A stretch of 64,000 nt of DNA from the human T2T-CHM13v2.0 reference genome, Homo sapiens, in NCBI RefSeq assembly GCF_009914755.1, contig NC_060938.1; one strand, 5' to 3'. The notes below the pieces were generated by a model that saw only the letters and a program-made list of their open reading frames with translations, was not told where the DNA came from and did not search any database. This document shows positions 25,717-43,340 of the stretch, piece after piece. The translations under genes and the position numbers were made by a program. Position 1 is the first letter of the stretch, and every line of letters starts with the position of its first letter.

Positions 25717-28700
25717 AAATGTTTTCTATGTTATCCACTATATAAACTCAAATCCTGGGAGAACATATAGTGCAGAGAAGATGATAATGTGTTGAACAAA
25801 TAAATGAACCAGAAAAAGAGACACTAGTATGCATTTCTATTAATTATAACATTTTATTCCTTTACAAATCACCACCGGTACTGAGATACAATATATTCTA
25901 GTTAATAAGACAGAATTCAGTTCCAAAGTAGAGATCTATTTAATAATAAGCTGTTACTACCATGGTACTCTAAGAAAACAAGCAGCAATTTTCATACTTA
26001 TTTGAAATGTGAAGGTTTTAAACACAGCAAAATATTCAAGTATGTAAATAATAAGTATTGCTTAATAAAGATCCCAGTTCTTTTAGATTAAATGGTAATC
26101 TCTATCTCTTAATTTTTCCTGCCTGGGGAGCTTTGATAAAAATAAATGATGTTGTGCTGCCTATGCTTATCAGACATGACCACACATTTCCTAAGGAGAA
26201 TATTTGTCAGGCACCCCTACTGCCTGTGCGGGTTATATTCAATGTCGCCTTATTAGCCCTGCACTTAATTTTGGTAAATTCTTCAGTATCTTTATTTCCC
26301 CAGTTTGAATATGTTAAACTATTAGTATTTCACAATCTGTCACAAGCAGCATATTGATGAACTTCTGTGCTCCATGATCTTTGTAACCCCCTTCATTATC
26401 TTCATAGGATTGAATACTGGTCTCAGAGTCTTGCCTATTTCACTTAAGTGTCCTACTGAGGATAATCATGCACTCCAACCATACACAATGTAGAAGTTTA
26501 AGTCTGGATTTAAATATCACAGGATAAGAAAGAAATCTGGCAATCATGTAGTAAAGTTCATCTGTTTGTACAAATGTATTCGGATCTAAATTAGGATATC
26601 TAAAAGATTGGCCACTAAAGGTTTTGTTCATGGTTCTAATTTGGTCATCTTGAAGATTTCTGGATGATCACAGCCAGCCATCAACAGAGAGTGATCTTTG
26701 GCCTCTTCCATAAGAAATACGTAACTATAACCAAACACAGTACTAGGGAGAAAAAGAAACATCTATCTTTTGGCTGTCTCTGACAGTTGGGTCAGGAGCC
26801 AAGTTAACAACAAAGCAAACTTTCTGTACACCCCTGCCTTTGATCTTTAGCAATGCTTGGTTGGAATAAAAGTTGGATTCAACTATGATAAAAATGAAGC
26901 TACTTATTCAGTCATATAGTAATGTGAGTGAGTTACTGTTCTGGATAAAAGAGTACGCCTCTGGCTGTTATTAGTTTAAAAATATATAAGAAAAAGAAAG
27001 AAACAAGTCTGGCTTCAAATAATACTGAATACCCAGTTACCAATTAATCATTTGAATTCCAAATGTCTCATTTGGGGAAGTTTGACAATAGCACGCAGGC
27101 TCAGTGCTCCTGTTTATGTCTTCTAACAAAGCACAGTGAAGACCTTCTTTGGTACTTTTCCTTTCGCTGTATTCCACTCATGATTGAAAGGAAGTAATCT
27201 ATAATGAATGATGCCTTCAAGGTAGAGTGAGATAGCTACCTGCTTTTACAGCTGGTAATGGAAAAACTGCAGACATGGTGGGTAATAACTCACCTCATTA
27301 ACTTTCTCAGACATGTTTTAGGCAATAAACACCTGATTTAAACCTTTGGGTGTACAAAAACACCTTGGCCTTCAGTGGAACATATCTGCTTCCATAATAC
27401 CCCAACTCATGACACTTTTCCTATTTCTTGTCCAGTGCATTAGGACATTCTGAGTATGGCTTTACCTTCTATGGGATAATATACATGAGCCACTTTGCCT
27501 TGTTCTCATCATGTACTCCCATATAATGAGAAAAATGCATTTGAACAGTTTGTGAATGGAACACAAAGGTAATTTCAGAACATTTGTCTGTAATTGGAGA
27601 GCCCCTGCCTATGAAGCTACAAAGACTGGGTGACCCTGCAGACCCTTGTTTTGAGAAAGTAGCTAAAATGCTTACATTCAGCCACTGTCAATGCGTGAAG
27701 GTTTGCTCTGCTGGGTGATTCAGAGAATAGCAATAATGATGATAATGACAATGATGATCATAATGAAAGTGGGAGTTGTTTTGGAAAACAATATTCCATC
27801 TCACTCAAAGCCAACAAAACAGGGACACCAGGGGAGTCTGTCAGGCATAGAAACTGTCTACAAAGAGTCTCTGTTCCTACTGCCCTTTTCAGCCAACCCA
27901 GCTACTGTGACTCAGCTCCCTCAAACACCTTCCCGCTATCCATGAAGCCCAAAATATTTGTTTTTATCAAAAACAAAGCAAAGCAAAACAACCAAGACTT
28001 CCCTTCCATTAGCACTATCTTGACAGAAGAGAAAACTTATTGCCAGGGCTGTCCCCATCCAGTCGACTTCTAGGTTGGATTTCCTACCAGGAGGGAAGCT
28101 TCAGAAAGTTCTTTTCCTAGTTTCTCAAGAGTGCAAAAGTCTTTCCTCTATCCTCAGGACTATAACCCTAACGGTTTGCTTATTGATAAGAAGACAAATC
28201 TATACTCACAGCAGGTAATGGATGTATTCAAACATAATAAGGGACCTCAAATTGACACTGAACATTAAACTGGGGAAGCAAGAAATAACTTGTACATTCT
28301 CAAGTTTAGGTAGGAAATCCAAATATACTCTATACCGCACACAAGGAACTCGAGGAAATCGTTAAGTTAATCTTTTTTTGACCTTCTAACATCTCTTTTT
28401 TCTTCTTCCCCTTTGAAAATGTATATTCTTTCTCCAGCCATCCAGCTATCTCTTCTAGGACTGTGCTCTCAGTCAGCTTTCAGTATAAGGTAATAAAATA
28501 CAGAACTATGGTAGGATTAATATTGACCAAGATTCAAGCTACAAGGCTGGATAGTACCACCAAGAAAGACCTAGAACATTCTCATCATGTCAGAAGTAAT
28601 AGCCCTCTGCTTTTTCTTTCTTTTAACTTGTTTCATAATAAACTATAACATTAAAAACAAACGAATCGATCTAACACTCTGATTATCTCCCAGTCCACCT

Positions 28701-29248
28701 GGCAAATATATCACTGTGGTATCAATGATCTACCCCTACAGCAGCTACTCCCCAAGATATATCAAATTATTACCAGGTGCTATGAAAGTGTCATGCCCAG
28801 GCTTTTGTCCTCTTGGGATTTATAACTGGGAAGGCAAGAGGGAAAGGAATGCGCAGTTGCATGACAAAGAAAACCACCAGCAAAGAAAATGCAAATGACT
28901 ATGATTAAATGTAAATGGGTTGGGTAACATCGCTTCAGAAGATTAAAGGAGTACATAAAACTGGAACATGGCAGATGGGGCCATAGTAGAGTAAGCAGTT
29001 CTGGAAAGAGAGAGCAGAGGGTTGAGTAATGCCATGGAAGAAACAAAACAAGCAAGGCAGAGAAGCAGGAGGACTGTCCTGGCATAGCTGTATAGTACAC
29101 TCAAATTAAATTTGAAGGTTCATATATAGAACTAACTAGAATTAATGTGGAAAGTATATTTGGATTAGATTGTTTAAGAACTTAAATTCCAAATAATGAG
29201 CCATCCTATATTTTCCCTTCCAATTCATTTGACAAAAAGAAAGGGAAG

Positions 29249-29323
29249 ACAGGAAGGAAGCCAGGAAGGCAGGAAGGCAGGAAGGAAGGTAAGAAGGCAG
29301 AAAGGCAGGAAGGAAGGCAGGAA
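29249..29323. repeat. (GGAA/GGCA)n purine-rich repeat
   Basis: aggaaggcaggaaggcaggaaggaagg. Confidence 0.85.
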
Positions 29324-29395
29324 GAGCAGTTTGGGCATTCTCTGGTCAAATTAGACAAGGAAACTCTTGATTAAACTAAGTATAAAAGATTTATT

Positions 29396-29686
29396 GGCCA
29401 GAATGTTGGCCTCTGTTCTATAAGTGCTTTGGGAGGCGGAGGCAGGAGGATCACTTGAACCCAAGAGTTCAAGAACAGCCTGGGCAATATAGTGAAACCC
29501 CATCTCTACAAAAATGAAAAGAAAAATAGGTGGGCTTGGAGGTACACACTTACAGTCTCAGCTATGTGGGAGGCTGAGGCAGGAGCATCGCTTAAGCCCA
29601 GGAGTCCAAGGTTATACTGAATTATAATTGTGCCACTGCACACCACCTTGGGCAACACAGCAAGACCCTAGCTCAAGGGGGACAAA
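29396..29686 (+). mobile_element. AluJ (Jo-like) with 12-bp TSD aaaagatttatt
   Basis: ggaggatcacttgaacccaagagttc; TSD at 29384-29395 and 29687-29698. Confidence 0.88.
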
Positions 29687-30435
29687 AAAAGATTTATTTG
29701 TAACTGGAAGTTCATGTGCAGGATGGGTCTCTGAAAAGAGAGTAGAGAGTGTACAGTGTTTCCCAAGGCTGCCTTCTCATGACTTTCACATTCTATGGAA
29801 AGACTGATCTACCCAGTTTCTCACTATGCATCTGCAGAAATCAAAGGACAAAAGAAGCAAGCGATCTAGCAGAGGCCAGCTGGCTGTAGGGAGCAGGGCC
29901 AGACCTGAAACCTGTCTCCTGGCTTTCAGTCAAGGGATGTTTCCATTATTCTACCATGCCATTTATTAATAATTAACAGTGTAGGTGCTGTCTTGCATTG
30001 TTGGAATAAGTTATCTGAATGGGCAAGAGTGATGAGATAGAAGTAATTTTTCTAGTTCTTTTGCTTAGGTAAGTGTTACTGATATATTTTTGGTGTGAGG
30101 AGCATCTTCTTTTTTCCTCCCTCTAGCCCTGAGATCTCTGTAGGATTTATGGTGGGATGAGGTTGAGGGGAACCATGGCGCATTGCGAGATGCAGAGCAG
30201 AGAGCCAGCTCTATAGTTCAATATAATAGAAAGCAAGCAGTGATAATAGATGGGTGTTTCTACCCTTCCTCCTAAGAAGCCAAAGATGAGTGTGACCCTA
30301 ACAGCTGACTTGGGGTACCATCCTGTATGACTCATTACCTGTTCCTTTGTCCTGTATTGCAATAAAAGCTTAATGTTTATTTGTCACGGTAGAAGCTCAA
30401 AGTATTATGACATAGCCTCAATAAATCTATCCTGA

Positions 30436-30879
30436 TCACTGGGCCTGGAATAGGAACAGCACCGGTCTACAGCTCCCAGCGTAAGCGATGCAGAAGACGG
30501 GTGATTTCGGCATTTCCATCTGAGGTACTGGGTTCATCTCATTAGGGAGTGCCAGACAGTGGGCACAGGTCACTGGGTGCAGCGCACCGTGTGCAAGCCG
30601 AAGCAGGGCGAGGCATTGCCTCACTTGGGAAGCCCAAGGGGTCAGGGAGTTCCCTTTCCCAGTCAAAGAAAGGGGTGACAGACGGCACCTGGAAAATTGG
30701 GTCACTCCCACCCGTATACTGCGCTTTTCTGACGGGCTTAAAAAACGGCGCATCAGGAGATTATATCCTGCACCTGGCTTGGAGGGTCCTACGCCCACGG
30801 AGTCTCGCTGATTGCTAGCACAGCAGTCTGAGATCAAACTGCAAGGCGGCAGCAAGGCTGGGGGAGGTGCGCCCGCCAT
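30436..30879 (-). CDS. L1 antisense ORF0 frame, open for 147 aa (MAGAPPPALLPPCSLISDCC...)
   Basis: Within track ORF 30436-30948; ATG at 30879 in gcaATGG context; N-terminus matches primate L1 ORF0; translation not demonstrated. Confidence 0.6.
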   Translation of the reverse strand: MAGAPPPALLPPCSLISDCCASNQRDSVGVGPSKPGAGYNLLMRRFLSPSEKRSIRVGVTQFSRCRLSPLSLTGKGNSLTPWASQVRQCLALLRLAHGALHPVTCAHCLALPNEMNPVPQMEMPKSPVFCIAYAGSCRPVLFLFQAQ

Positions 30880-31334
30880 TGCCCAGGCTTGCTTACATAA
30901 ACAAAGCAGCCGGGAAGCTCGAACTGGGGGGAGCCCACCACAGCTCAAGGAGGCCTGCCTGCCTCTGTAGGCTCCACCTCTGGAGGCAGGGCACAGACAA
31001 ACAAAAAGACAGCAGTAACCTCTGCAGACTTAAATGTCCCTGTCTGACAGCTTTGAAGAGAGCATTGGTTCTCCCAGTATGCAGCTGGAGATCTGAGAAC
31101 GGGCAGACTGCCTCCTCAAGTGGGTCCCTGACCCCTGACCCCTGAGCAGCCTAACTAGGAGGCACCCCCCCAGCAGGGGCACACTGACACCTCACATGGC
31201 CGGGTACTCCAACAGACCTGCAGCTGAGGGTCCTGTCTGTTAGAAGGAAAACTAACAAACAGAAAGGACATCCACACCAAAACCCATCTGTACATCACCA
31301 TCATCAAAGACCAAAAGTAGATAAAACCACAAAG
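30448..31334 (+). promoter_or_regulatory. L1 5'UTR internal bidirectional (sense/antisense) promoter, lacking the 5' YY1 motif
   Basis: GC/CpG-rich L1PA 5'UTR; the consensus start ggaggagccaagatggcc is absent. Confidence 0.8.
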
Positions 31335-32334
31335 ATGGGGAAAAAACAGAGCAGAAAAACTGGAAACTCTAAAAAGCAGAGCGACTCTCCTCCTGCAAAG
31401 GAACGGAGTTCCTCACCAGCAACGGAACAAAGCTGGACGGAGAATGACTTTGACGAGCTGAGAGAAGAACACTTCAGACGATCAAATTACTCCGAGCTAC
31501 TGGAGGGCAAGGCAAAGAAGTTGAAAACTTTGAAAAAATTTAGAAGAATGTATAACTAGAATAAACAATACAGAGAGGTGCTTAAAGGAGCTGATGGAGC
31601 TGAAAACCACGGCTTGAGAACTACGTGAAGAATGCAGAAGCCTCAGGAGCCGATGTGATCAACTGGAAGAAAGGGTATCAGCGATGGAAGATGAAATGAA
31701 TGAAATGAAGTGAGAAGAGAAGTTTAGAGAAAAAAGAATAATAAGAAACGAGCAAAGCCTCCAAGAAATATGGGACTATGTGAAAAGACCAAATCTACGT
31801 CTGATTGGTGTAACTGAAAGTGACGGGGAGAATGGAACCAAGTTGGAAAACACTCTGCAGGATATTATCCAGGAGAACTTCCCCAATCTAGCAAGGCAGG
31901 CCAACATTCAGATTCAGGAAATACAGAGAACGCCACAAAGATACTCCTCGAGAAGAGCAACTCCAAGACACATAATTGTTAGATTCACCAAAGTAGAAAT
32001 GAAGGAAAAAATGTGAAGGGCAGCCAGAGAGAAAGGTCGGGTTACCCTCAAAGGGAAGCCCATCAGACTAACAGCGGATGTCTCGGCAGAAACCCTACAA
32101 GCCAGAAGAGAGTGGGGGCCGATATTCAACATTCTTAAAGAATTTTCAACCCAGAATTTCATATCCAGCCAAACTAAGCTTCATAAGCGAAGGAGAAATA
32201 AAATACTTTACAGACAAGCAAATGCTGAGAGATTTTGTCACCACCAGGCCTGCCCTAAAAGAGCTCTGAAGGAAGCGCTAAACATGGAAAGGAACAACCG
32301 GTACCAGCCGCTGCAAAATCATGCCAAAATGTAA
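31335..32334 (+). pseudogene. L1 ORF1p, disrupted
   Basis: MGKKQSRKTGNSK start; fragments KRPNLRLIGV and YPAKLSFISEGE in different frames; several TGA stops and small deletions. Confidence 0.93.
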
Positions 32335-32397
32335 AGACCATCGAGACTAGGAAGAAACTGCATCAACTAATGAGCAAAATCACCAGCTAACATCATA

Positions 32398-36174
<3,777 letters not shown>

Positions 36175-39100
36175 CAAAAAACCAAATACCGCATATTCTC
36201 ACTCATAGGTGGGAATTAAACAATGAGAACACATGGACACAGGAAGGGGAACATCACACTCTGGGGACTGTTGTGGGGTGGGGGGAGGGGGGAGGGATAG
36301 CACTGGGAGACATACCTAATGCTGGATGACGAGTTAGTGGGTGCAGTGCACCAGCATGGCACATGTATACACATGTAACTAACCTGCACATTGTGCACAT
36401 GTACCCTAAAACTTAAAGTATAATAATAATCAATAAATAAATTTAAAAAAAATAATAATAATAAATATAAATCTATCCTCTCATTTATGATGTAAGGTTC
36501 TCCTAACTTTTTTATTGACATTTTAATTTTAACTTAATGTCATGTATAAAAATTGCTAACATTTTTTAAATTTTATTTACTTAAATAATTAAAATTTTTA
36601 AGAAACATAAACATGGACCAAACCTTTGTGAGATTTCTGAGAAAACATACAGAGCAAAATATTGAAAAGTGTCACATAGATGATACAATCAAATAGAAAC
36701 TCTGCTGTGAAATCAGTAAAGAATAGTGATAAAAGAAAAGCCTAAAAAAAAGAAGAGCATAACACTATAAAAGTTATCGAACAGATCTAGTCCATGTAAA
36801 TAATTTCCAACTACGATATGTATGAGAGAATTAACTAGAATATGTGATTCATTGGTAAGCACTGCCTTGTACATGTTATCAAGTTTGAATCACCAAAGTA
36901 TTTGCTTTACTTGAAAAGAAGATGTTTGTTTTTATAATAAAGAATTAAAATATGTAAATGAATATATTTTATTGATAATGTTTAAGACATGCTAGAATGT
37001 TATGTTATGCTATCTATAATTGTTTAAATTGTAAGACGCTATAGTACAGATTATTCTCAATAACTTCTATGTCACAGGATTTAAATTTGGCCATCAATGT
37101 TTAATGTGTTCAATCTTTCAGTGCAGCCATCTATAACACTGTAGTCTGTAAGGAATGGGGAAGCACAGAGAGTTTTAAGCAAAAAGTAATGTGGAGAAAA
37201 CTGGACTTTAGTAAGAGTAGCCTGATGACAAAATGCTAGATAAATTAGAAAAGGGAATGTGACTAGTATCTCCCTACAGTGAAACGACCCTCATTAGCCA
37301 ACTCTCAGCATTTTCTTATCATTTCCATCACCAGTCTACTGACATTCCCTTTTTGTTTTGTTTTGTTCTACACAAATTCATATTTGCCCCAGTCATAGTG
37401 GAGAATGACAATTTGAATAGCTAGTTTATAAAAACTTCAGGAAGACACTGTGCTGATTTTTTTTTAACTCCTGCCCTGACTTTTCCAGAAGATTTATGAA
37501 TGTGAAGTTTAAAGCTGCTCTCCAGCTCTCCCAGGTAGTAACTGCATCCCCTATTACTGACACTATCTCAGCATCAGTACAGAATATACGAGGCTGCCAG
37601 CTCTTTCTTCTCTTGTGTCTTTGATCACTACTCCTCTAAATAATATAAGAGATTTTCAATATTGGGCTTTAGTGTCAATTTATCACAAAGGAAACACTGT
37701 TGCTTGTTATTGATTCAAGCTGCATTTCTATGGAGGCCTATTTTTATACCAAAATTATTACCAACCTGGTAAATGATGAGGCTTTCGTGTTTTCAAGTGA
37801 TGTCACGTCACTGAGAAAAATTCACCTGAAGAATACCTTTAGGTATCAAGCCTTTGAAAGTTCTCTAGACTAAGCAATCTCCAATTTCCTACTTCCCAAA
37901 TAAATGAGAAAAGATTCTTTTAATTTAAGCTTTAAAGTTTCTATTCAGTTCCCTGGGCAAAAGGTAGAGAGGAAAGAAAAATAGAGGCTTTCAGGGAGAT
38001 CTGTATCTTTTTTGCATAAGATGAACCAACCAATGGCATTAGTTTAAACTGTGGCAGTTTTACAAGCTAGCTGATTCAAGACATTTCAGCCTAACCTCGG
38101 ATGACACCAAACTCCGTGAGTTCCCTGAAACTTTTAAGTAACGGTGATTAACATGAAAATGAAACTGACTAAATAATGGAGCCCTTGTATGTTAATGACA
38201 CAAGATAATAATCCTTTTCTACCTAGCAGACACAGAGGAGTAAACCACTATTAGGGTTTTGTATTTTTATTATTCTCTCCCTCCCTTTCCCTCTTTCTCT
38301 CTTTCTTTCCTTTCTAACATTAAATATTAAAGATTTCCTGAGGATTCTCCTCCCAGAAGTGATGAAAAAAATCAGCATACAGATTTGAAGATATATTGTT
38401 ATCATGGGGTTTTGCAAAGCAGTATTCAATCCTCACATACACACACAAAATAATTGCTCTGTTCATTGTACCACTGAAGAAAATAGACTCCTCATTCAGT
38501 CTAAGCTCCATCTGGTCTAAATAACATCTCAGCTGGTGTTGCTTTCTGTCTAATGAGGAAGAACCTCAATATATAGATGGGTTTTCCCATATTTTTGCAA
38601 GCTAATTAAAGGCAGAAATTTATCTAAAATGCAATGAATGGAAAAACTAAAGAGGTTAACTCACCACTCTTGTTTTTTTTTTAATATTTCCAAATTGCTT
38701 AAAACTATTTAAAAGGCTTTAAAACTTTGAATTTATAAAATGCTTAAAAACCTTCTAATTGTGTATAATCCAGCTACCATTTAGTAATAATCACATTTTC
38801 TATAAAACCTATTTTAGACCTGGGAAGTCAGCAAGTACATTATTTAAACCATCTAATGGTATACTGTTTGTGAAGGGTCAATGTCTATTAAACCATTATT
38901 TTTCATTCACCACAAAGTTTGAAAGCTGTGAATTTGAAATAATCTTCTCAGCAAAGAAGAATGAAAAAAATGCCTGTGTTTAAAAAAGAGCTTTGCTGTT
39001 GGGTAGAATTTAAAACATGTTTTGAATTTGATTGGTGACCTCAAGAAATAGAGAAAAATCTAGTGTTGGCTTCTAATCAGTAAGTAATTCACACTTCAGA

Positions 39101-40559
39101 CACCTTCCTAGCTGATCCCTGGTGGACTGGACATCTTTGAACAAAGATTCCTAAGGTCTCATTAGAGCTTTATCTTTCTGAAAGTGAAATCATTTCCCAG
39201 ATATGAGAGAAGGCACAGAAGAGCACTGGGGGAATATGTGGTTGGTAAGTGAGTTGCCCAGTTAAAGACTTTAAATGGAGTTGATGAGTATATGGAAAAA
39301 TGCATTGCACACATAGATTAATTTTAAAAAGTAGATTAAATGGAGGACAACATACGTGACATCGAGTGTGCTAGCATAATACAGGTTTTTTTTTCCTATA
39401 TATACTCAGGTGACAATATCAGAGAATCTCATATGAAAAATAGATTTCTGATTGTCATTGAATATATACCAACACATAGACTAGGTAGCAAAGTTAACTT
39501 GAAATTTTGGACAAGAAAGTAAATTTTATATCCTCTGGGACTTGATGACATGAGATTAATGTTCATAATGAGATAATGGAAATGTATCACTTCTTCTAAA
39601 GATATAGTTTTGGTAGAAGAAGTTCATTAAGAGTAGCAGAATCTGAAGCATCTGCAGCCATGACCACGTAAGAAACAGGCCATGTGGCCAATAGAAACTT
39701 CGAAAATTTTATTGGCCTAGTGATACTTTCCATGCCCCTGGATTAGGTGATGTCCTAGACAAAAGCTGACAGAGTAATCACCAAATATTTTATTACTACC
39801 TATAGGACAATAAACTCCTAAGTTTCTTCCCTATATGACCTCTTTCCAATACTACCGTTTCAACATCTATATGTAGTGAAAACCTGTTTCTCTGAAAAGT
39901 CACCTTTAATATTCTCAATAGTACATGGCAAGACTCTTATTCTCTATTCCAAGTCTCAGAAATTCTAAATATAGTTTGTAGCATAAAAGATTCTTCTTAC
40001 CTTCTCTCCTATAGCTTTGTTTATTAAATGTGTTTTAAGAAGAGAAAGTGAAGAGAAAAGTAAGATGGGGATTTGACTATGACTGCTTGAAAAGACACAT
40101 TCTAATTCAATAAAATAGATTGGAAAAAAGAACAACTAAATTGAATATGGTAATATCTATGTTGTCTAAATAATAAAAGAGATAATCAAATTAAGTATTT
40201 GGCACAGATTTGCTATAGTCAACACTTAACAAATGATCCCTGCTACCTCCACATTCCCTTTCCAAATACTAGTTCCAACATTTGAACAGAGGCAAGAAAT
40301 TTCAACTCTGCTGGGAAAATAAATAAAAAATTTGTAAAATTCTTTGCCTTTTTACGAAGTTACAATCTCACAGAAGACAAAAAGGTAAGGCAAAAAATAA
40401 TAATTATGTAGTATATTATTTTGTTTAATGAAGAAAATAAAACTGGATTTAATTCAAACGTACAGAAATTTGAGTAGGAATAATAATATTAACCAGGACT
40501 TTGTGATAATGAGCAAAGATAACACTAGATGTGGTTGGACTTAAACACAGTGTAATAGA

Positions 40560-40720
40560 GTGGAAGTATATGACTGGAGTTGGAAAGACCTGCAGTATTT
40601 ACTTACTTTCTTTAAATTGTAGTTTCCTCATCAATAAAATAAGAATGCCAGCTTTCAAAGTCACTGTAAGGATTAAATCAGATACTGTTGGCAAAAGCTA
40701 GGTAGCATATAGTAAATACC
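40560..40720 (+). mobile_element. MIR
   Basis: gactggagttggaaagacctg...agtttcctcatcaataaaataagaat...gtaaggattaaatcagata. Confidence 0.6.
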
Positions 40721-41865
40721 AACAACTCAAGTTTACTTTCCCTGTTGGTTAGGAGCATACATTTCAAATAGGTTAAAGAAAATATTAGTATGGCACCATG
40801 ACAGGAGACGTTGAGGGAGAATGTGGCTTGTAGAAGATATTCTAGAAAATGGCATTGGGGACTATACAACTGTGAATGATCCATGCTAAATAAAAATGTG
40901 TCCAAAAAAATTCTTCAGTTGCTCAGAGGACTATCTCATTAACTTAAATTTTAAAAGTGCATATGTATAATTTGGGAGAGAGACACAAAACCAAAAGCCT
41001 AAACAAAAGGTTGGTATTTACCTGGGAATTATTTTTTTAATGAACACTCAAAATGATCTAACACTTTTGGGAGGCAAGCATTAAAAGAAATGAAAGCAAG
41101 ACTTTTACATCTACTCTCAGCAGGATGACTGATACAGAAGAGAGAGATGTGTCTGATGCTTAGAGGAAACCGTAGCAGGACATTAGGTGTCTGTCTAAGA
41201 AGATGCAAACCAATAATCACCTTCAGGAGCATGAATGGCCATCACACTAGAAATGGAAGAATAGGATGAAGAAAAATTATACCTTAGGATAATGGAGGAG
41301 AAAATTTAAGAGCAACATTCTATTTTAATTTACTCTTCAGTAGAGATTTATCTCTACCAGGCATGTAGAGATGTGCTGGAAATAAAATGAAGAACACAGA
41401 GGTGGCTGCTGTTTTCACGGAGCTTATGATATAGTGAGGAGATAGTAAATAAATAATCACATAGATAAATATATACAGATTTGTATCTAAAAATTGCTAG
41501 GCGAGAAGTAGTTCAAAATTCACAATTTTTTTAGAATTCAGAGGTAGTATGAATACTGGGTATTCAAAAAAAATACAAATACAAAAAAAAGGGCCTGAGG
41601 CAGCACCCATAATCAAATACTTTAAAATGTATTCAATAAACTATATGAATAGTCATACAAACTCAGATAAAAATATAAATATTACAGCTTATGTATATAA
41701 AAATATATGTCATGATACATGGTGTAGAGGTAGAGATAAGCATATTGCTTTCTATTTTCTTAAAGTTTCAAACATACACAAATTCAAACTAACTTTACTT
41801 GTACTGTACATTCCATAACTGTTTACAGCATCTCTTTGCCTGAGGCTCTTAAAAAAAGGCCATAT

Positions 41866-42545
41866 CCGATTATTAAAAAGTGAAAAAATCATGGATGCTG
41901 GTGAAGTTGTGGAGAAAAAGGAATGCTTTTATGCTGTTGGTGGGAGTGTAAAGTAGTTCAGCCATTGTGGAAGACAGTGTGGCAACAATTCCTCAAAGAC
42001 ATAGAGATAGAAATACCATTTGACTCAGCAATACCATTACTGGGTATATACCCAAAGGAGTATAAGTCATTCTATTATAGAGACACATGCATGTGTATGT
42101 TCATTGCAGCGCTATTCACATAGCAAAGACATGGAATCAACCTAAATGCCCATCAATGATAGACTGGATAGAGAAAATGTATGCATGGTAAATATATACC
42201 ATGGAATACTATGCATTCATTAAAAATAAAACACAATGAGATCTTGTCCTTTGCAGGACATGGATAGAGCTGGAGGCTATCATCCTTAGCAAACAAACAC
42301 AGGAACAGAAGACCAAATACCATATGTTCTCACTTATAAGTGGGAGCTAAATTATGAGAACACACATAGTGGGGAACAATACACACTGCGTAGAGTGGAG
42401 GGTAGGCGGAGGGAGAGGATCAGGAAAAATAGCAGGTATTAGGCTTAATACCTGGGTGATGAAATAATCTGTACGACAAACCCCATGACCCAAGTTTACC
42501 TCTGTAACAAACCTACACATGTACCTCTGAACTTAAAAGTTTACG
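41866..42545 (+). mobile_element. 5'-truncated older L1PA (L1PA13-16-like), 11-bp TSD aaaggccatat
   Basis: ORF 41923-42123 CCWWECKVVQPLWK; 3'UTR gggagaggatcaggaaaaata...gtgatgaaataatctgtac; TSD at 41855-41865 and 42546-42556. Confidence 0.9.
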
Positions 42546-43139
42546 AAAGGCCATATTAATGTTACCAATGTCATTAGTATCAGGTTGGAGTGGGACAGAG
42601 TAAAACTCTATAATCACAAAGCAAAATGTTTCACTGGGGAAAACTAAATGCCAAAACATTTATTTATGCAAGAATTTCAAGAGAGGGATTTGTGTCCAGA
42701 GCAGTAGCATTTTACAGATTTTTCCAGTCTAGTTTTCTTGCAATGAGCTCATGCTGCTAGAAAATAGGTTTTGTCTGCATAATAATGCACAGGTAAATTA
42801 AACACCTCTTTGAAATATCTCAGATGCTAGCTTTCTCAATCCCTGACATCTTCATTTGGTGTGTGCCCACAGGGTTAGATTACAAGAATTAGATCCCTTA
42901 TACCCTGTTCCGTTGGTGTTTTCTCATGGGCCATGTTTAAGGTTTTTGCAGGAACACGGTACCAGTGCATCAGCATTACACATTTATTCACAGCTCAGGA
43001 TTTTTTTTTTTAGATATTTTCCTGTCAAATGCATCAGTGTGGTTTTCAGCTGCATCATGATCTACATAAACCCTTTTTCAACAGATTTTCTGAAATTTTA
43101 CACCATGGCATTCTTTAAATTTTGTGTAGATAACTTTCT

Positions 43140-43340
43140 TTTTTTTTTTTGAGGAGGAATACCCCAAATTTATTTTATTTTATTATTAATATACTTTAAG
43201 TTTTAGGGTACATGTGCACAATGTGCAGGTTTGTTACATATGTATACATGTGCCATTCTGGTGCGCTGCACACATTAACTCGTCATTTAGCATTAGGTAT
43301 ATCTCCTAATGCTATCCCTCCCCCCTCCACCCACCCCACA
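43140..43340 (-). mobile_element. Highly truncated L1PA3/4-like 3' end with an 18-nt 3' transduction; 10-bp TSD ataactttct
   Basis: TSD at 43130-43139 and 43341-43350; poly-T 43140-43150, unique 43151-43168, then L1 tail and 3'UTR. Confidence 0.9.

Noticed and set aside
36263-36296. G-quadruplex-forming G-tract
   Set aside because: Standard feature of the L1PA 3'UTR, not specific to this locus.
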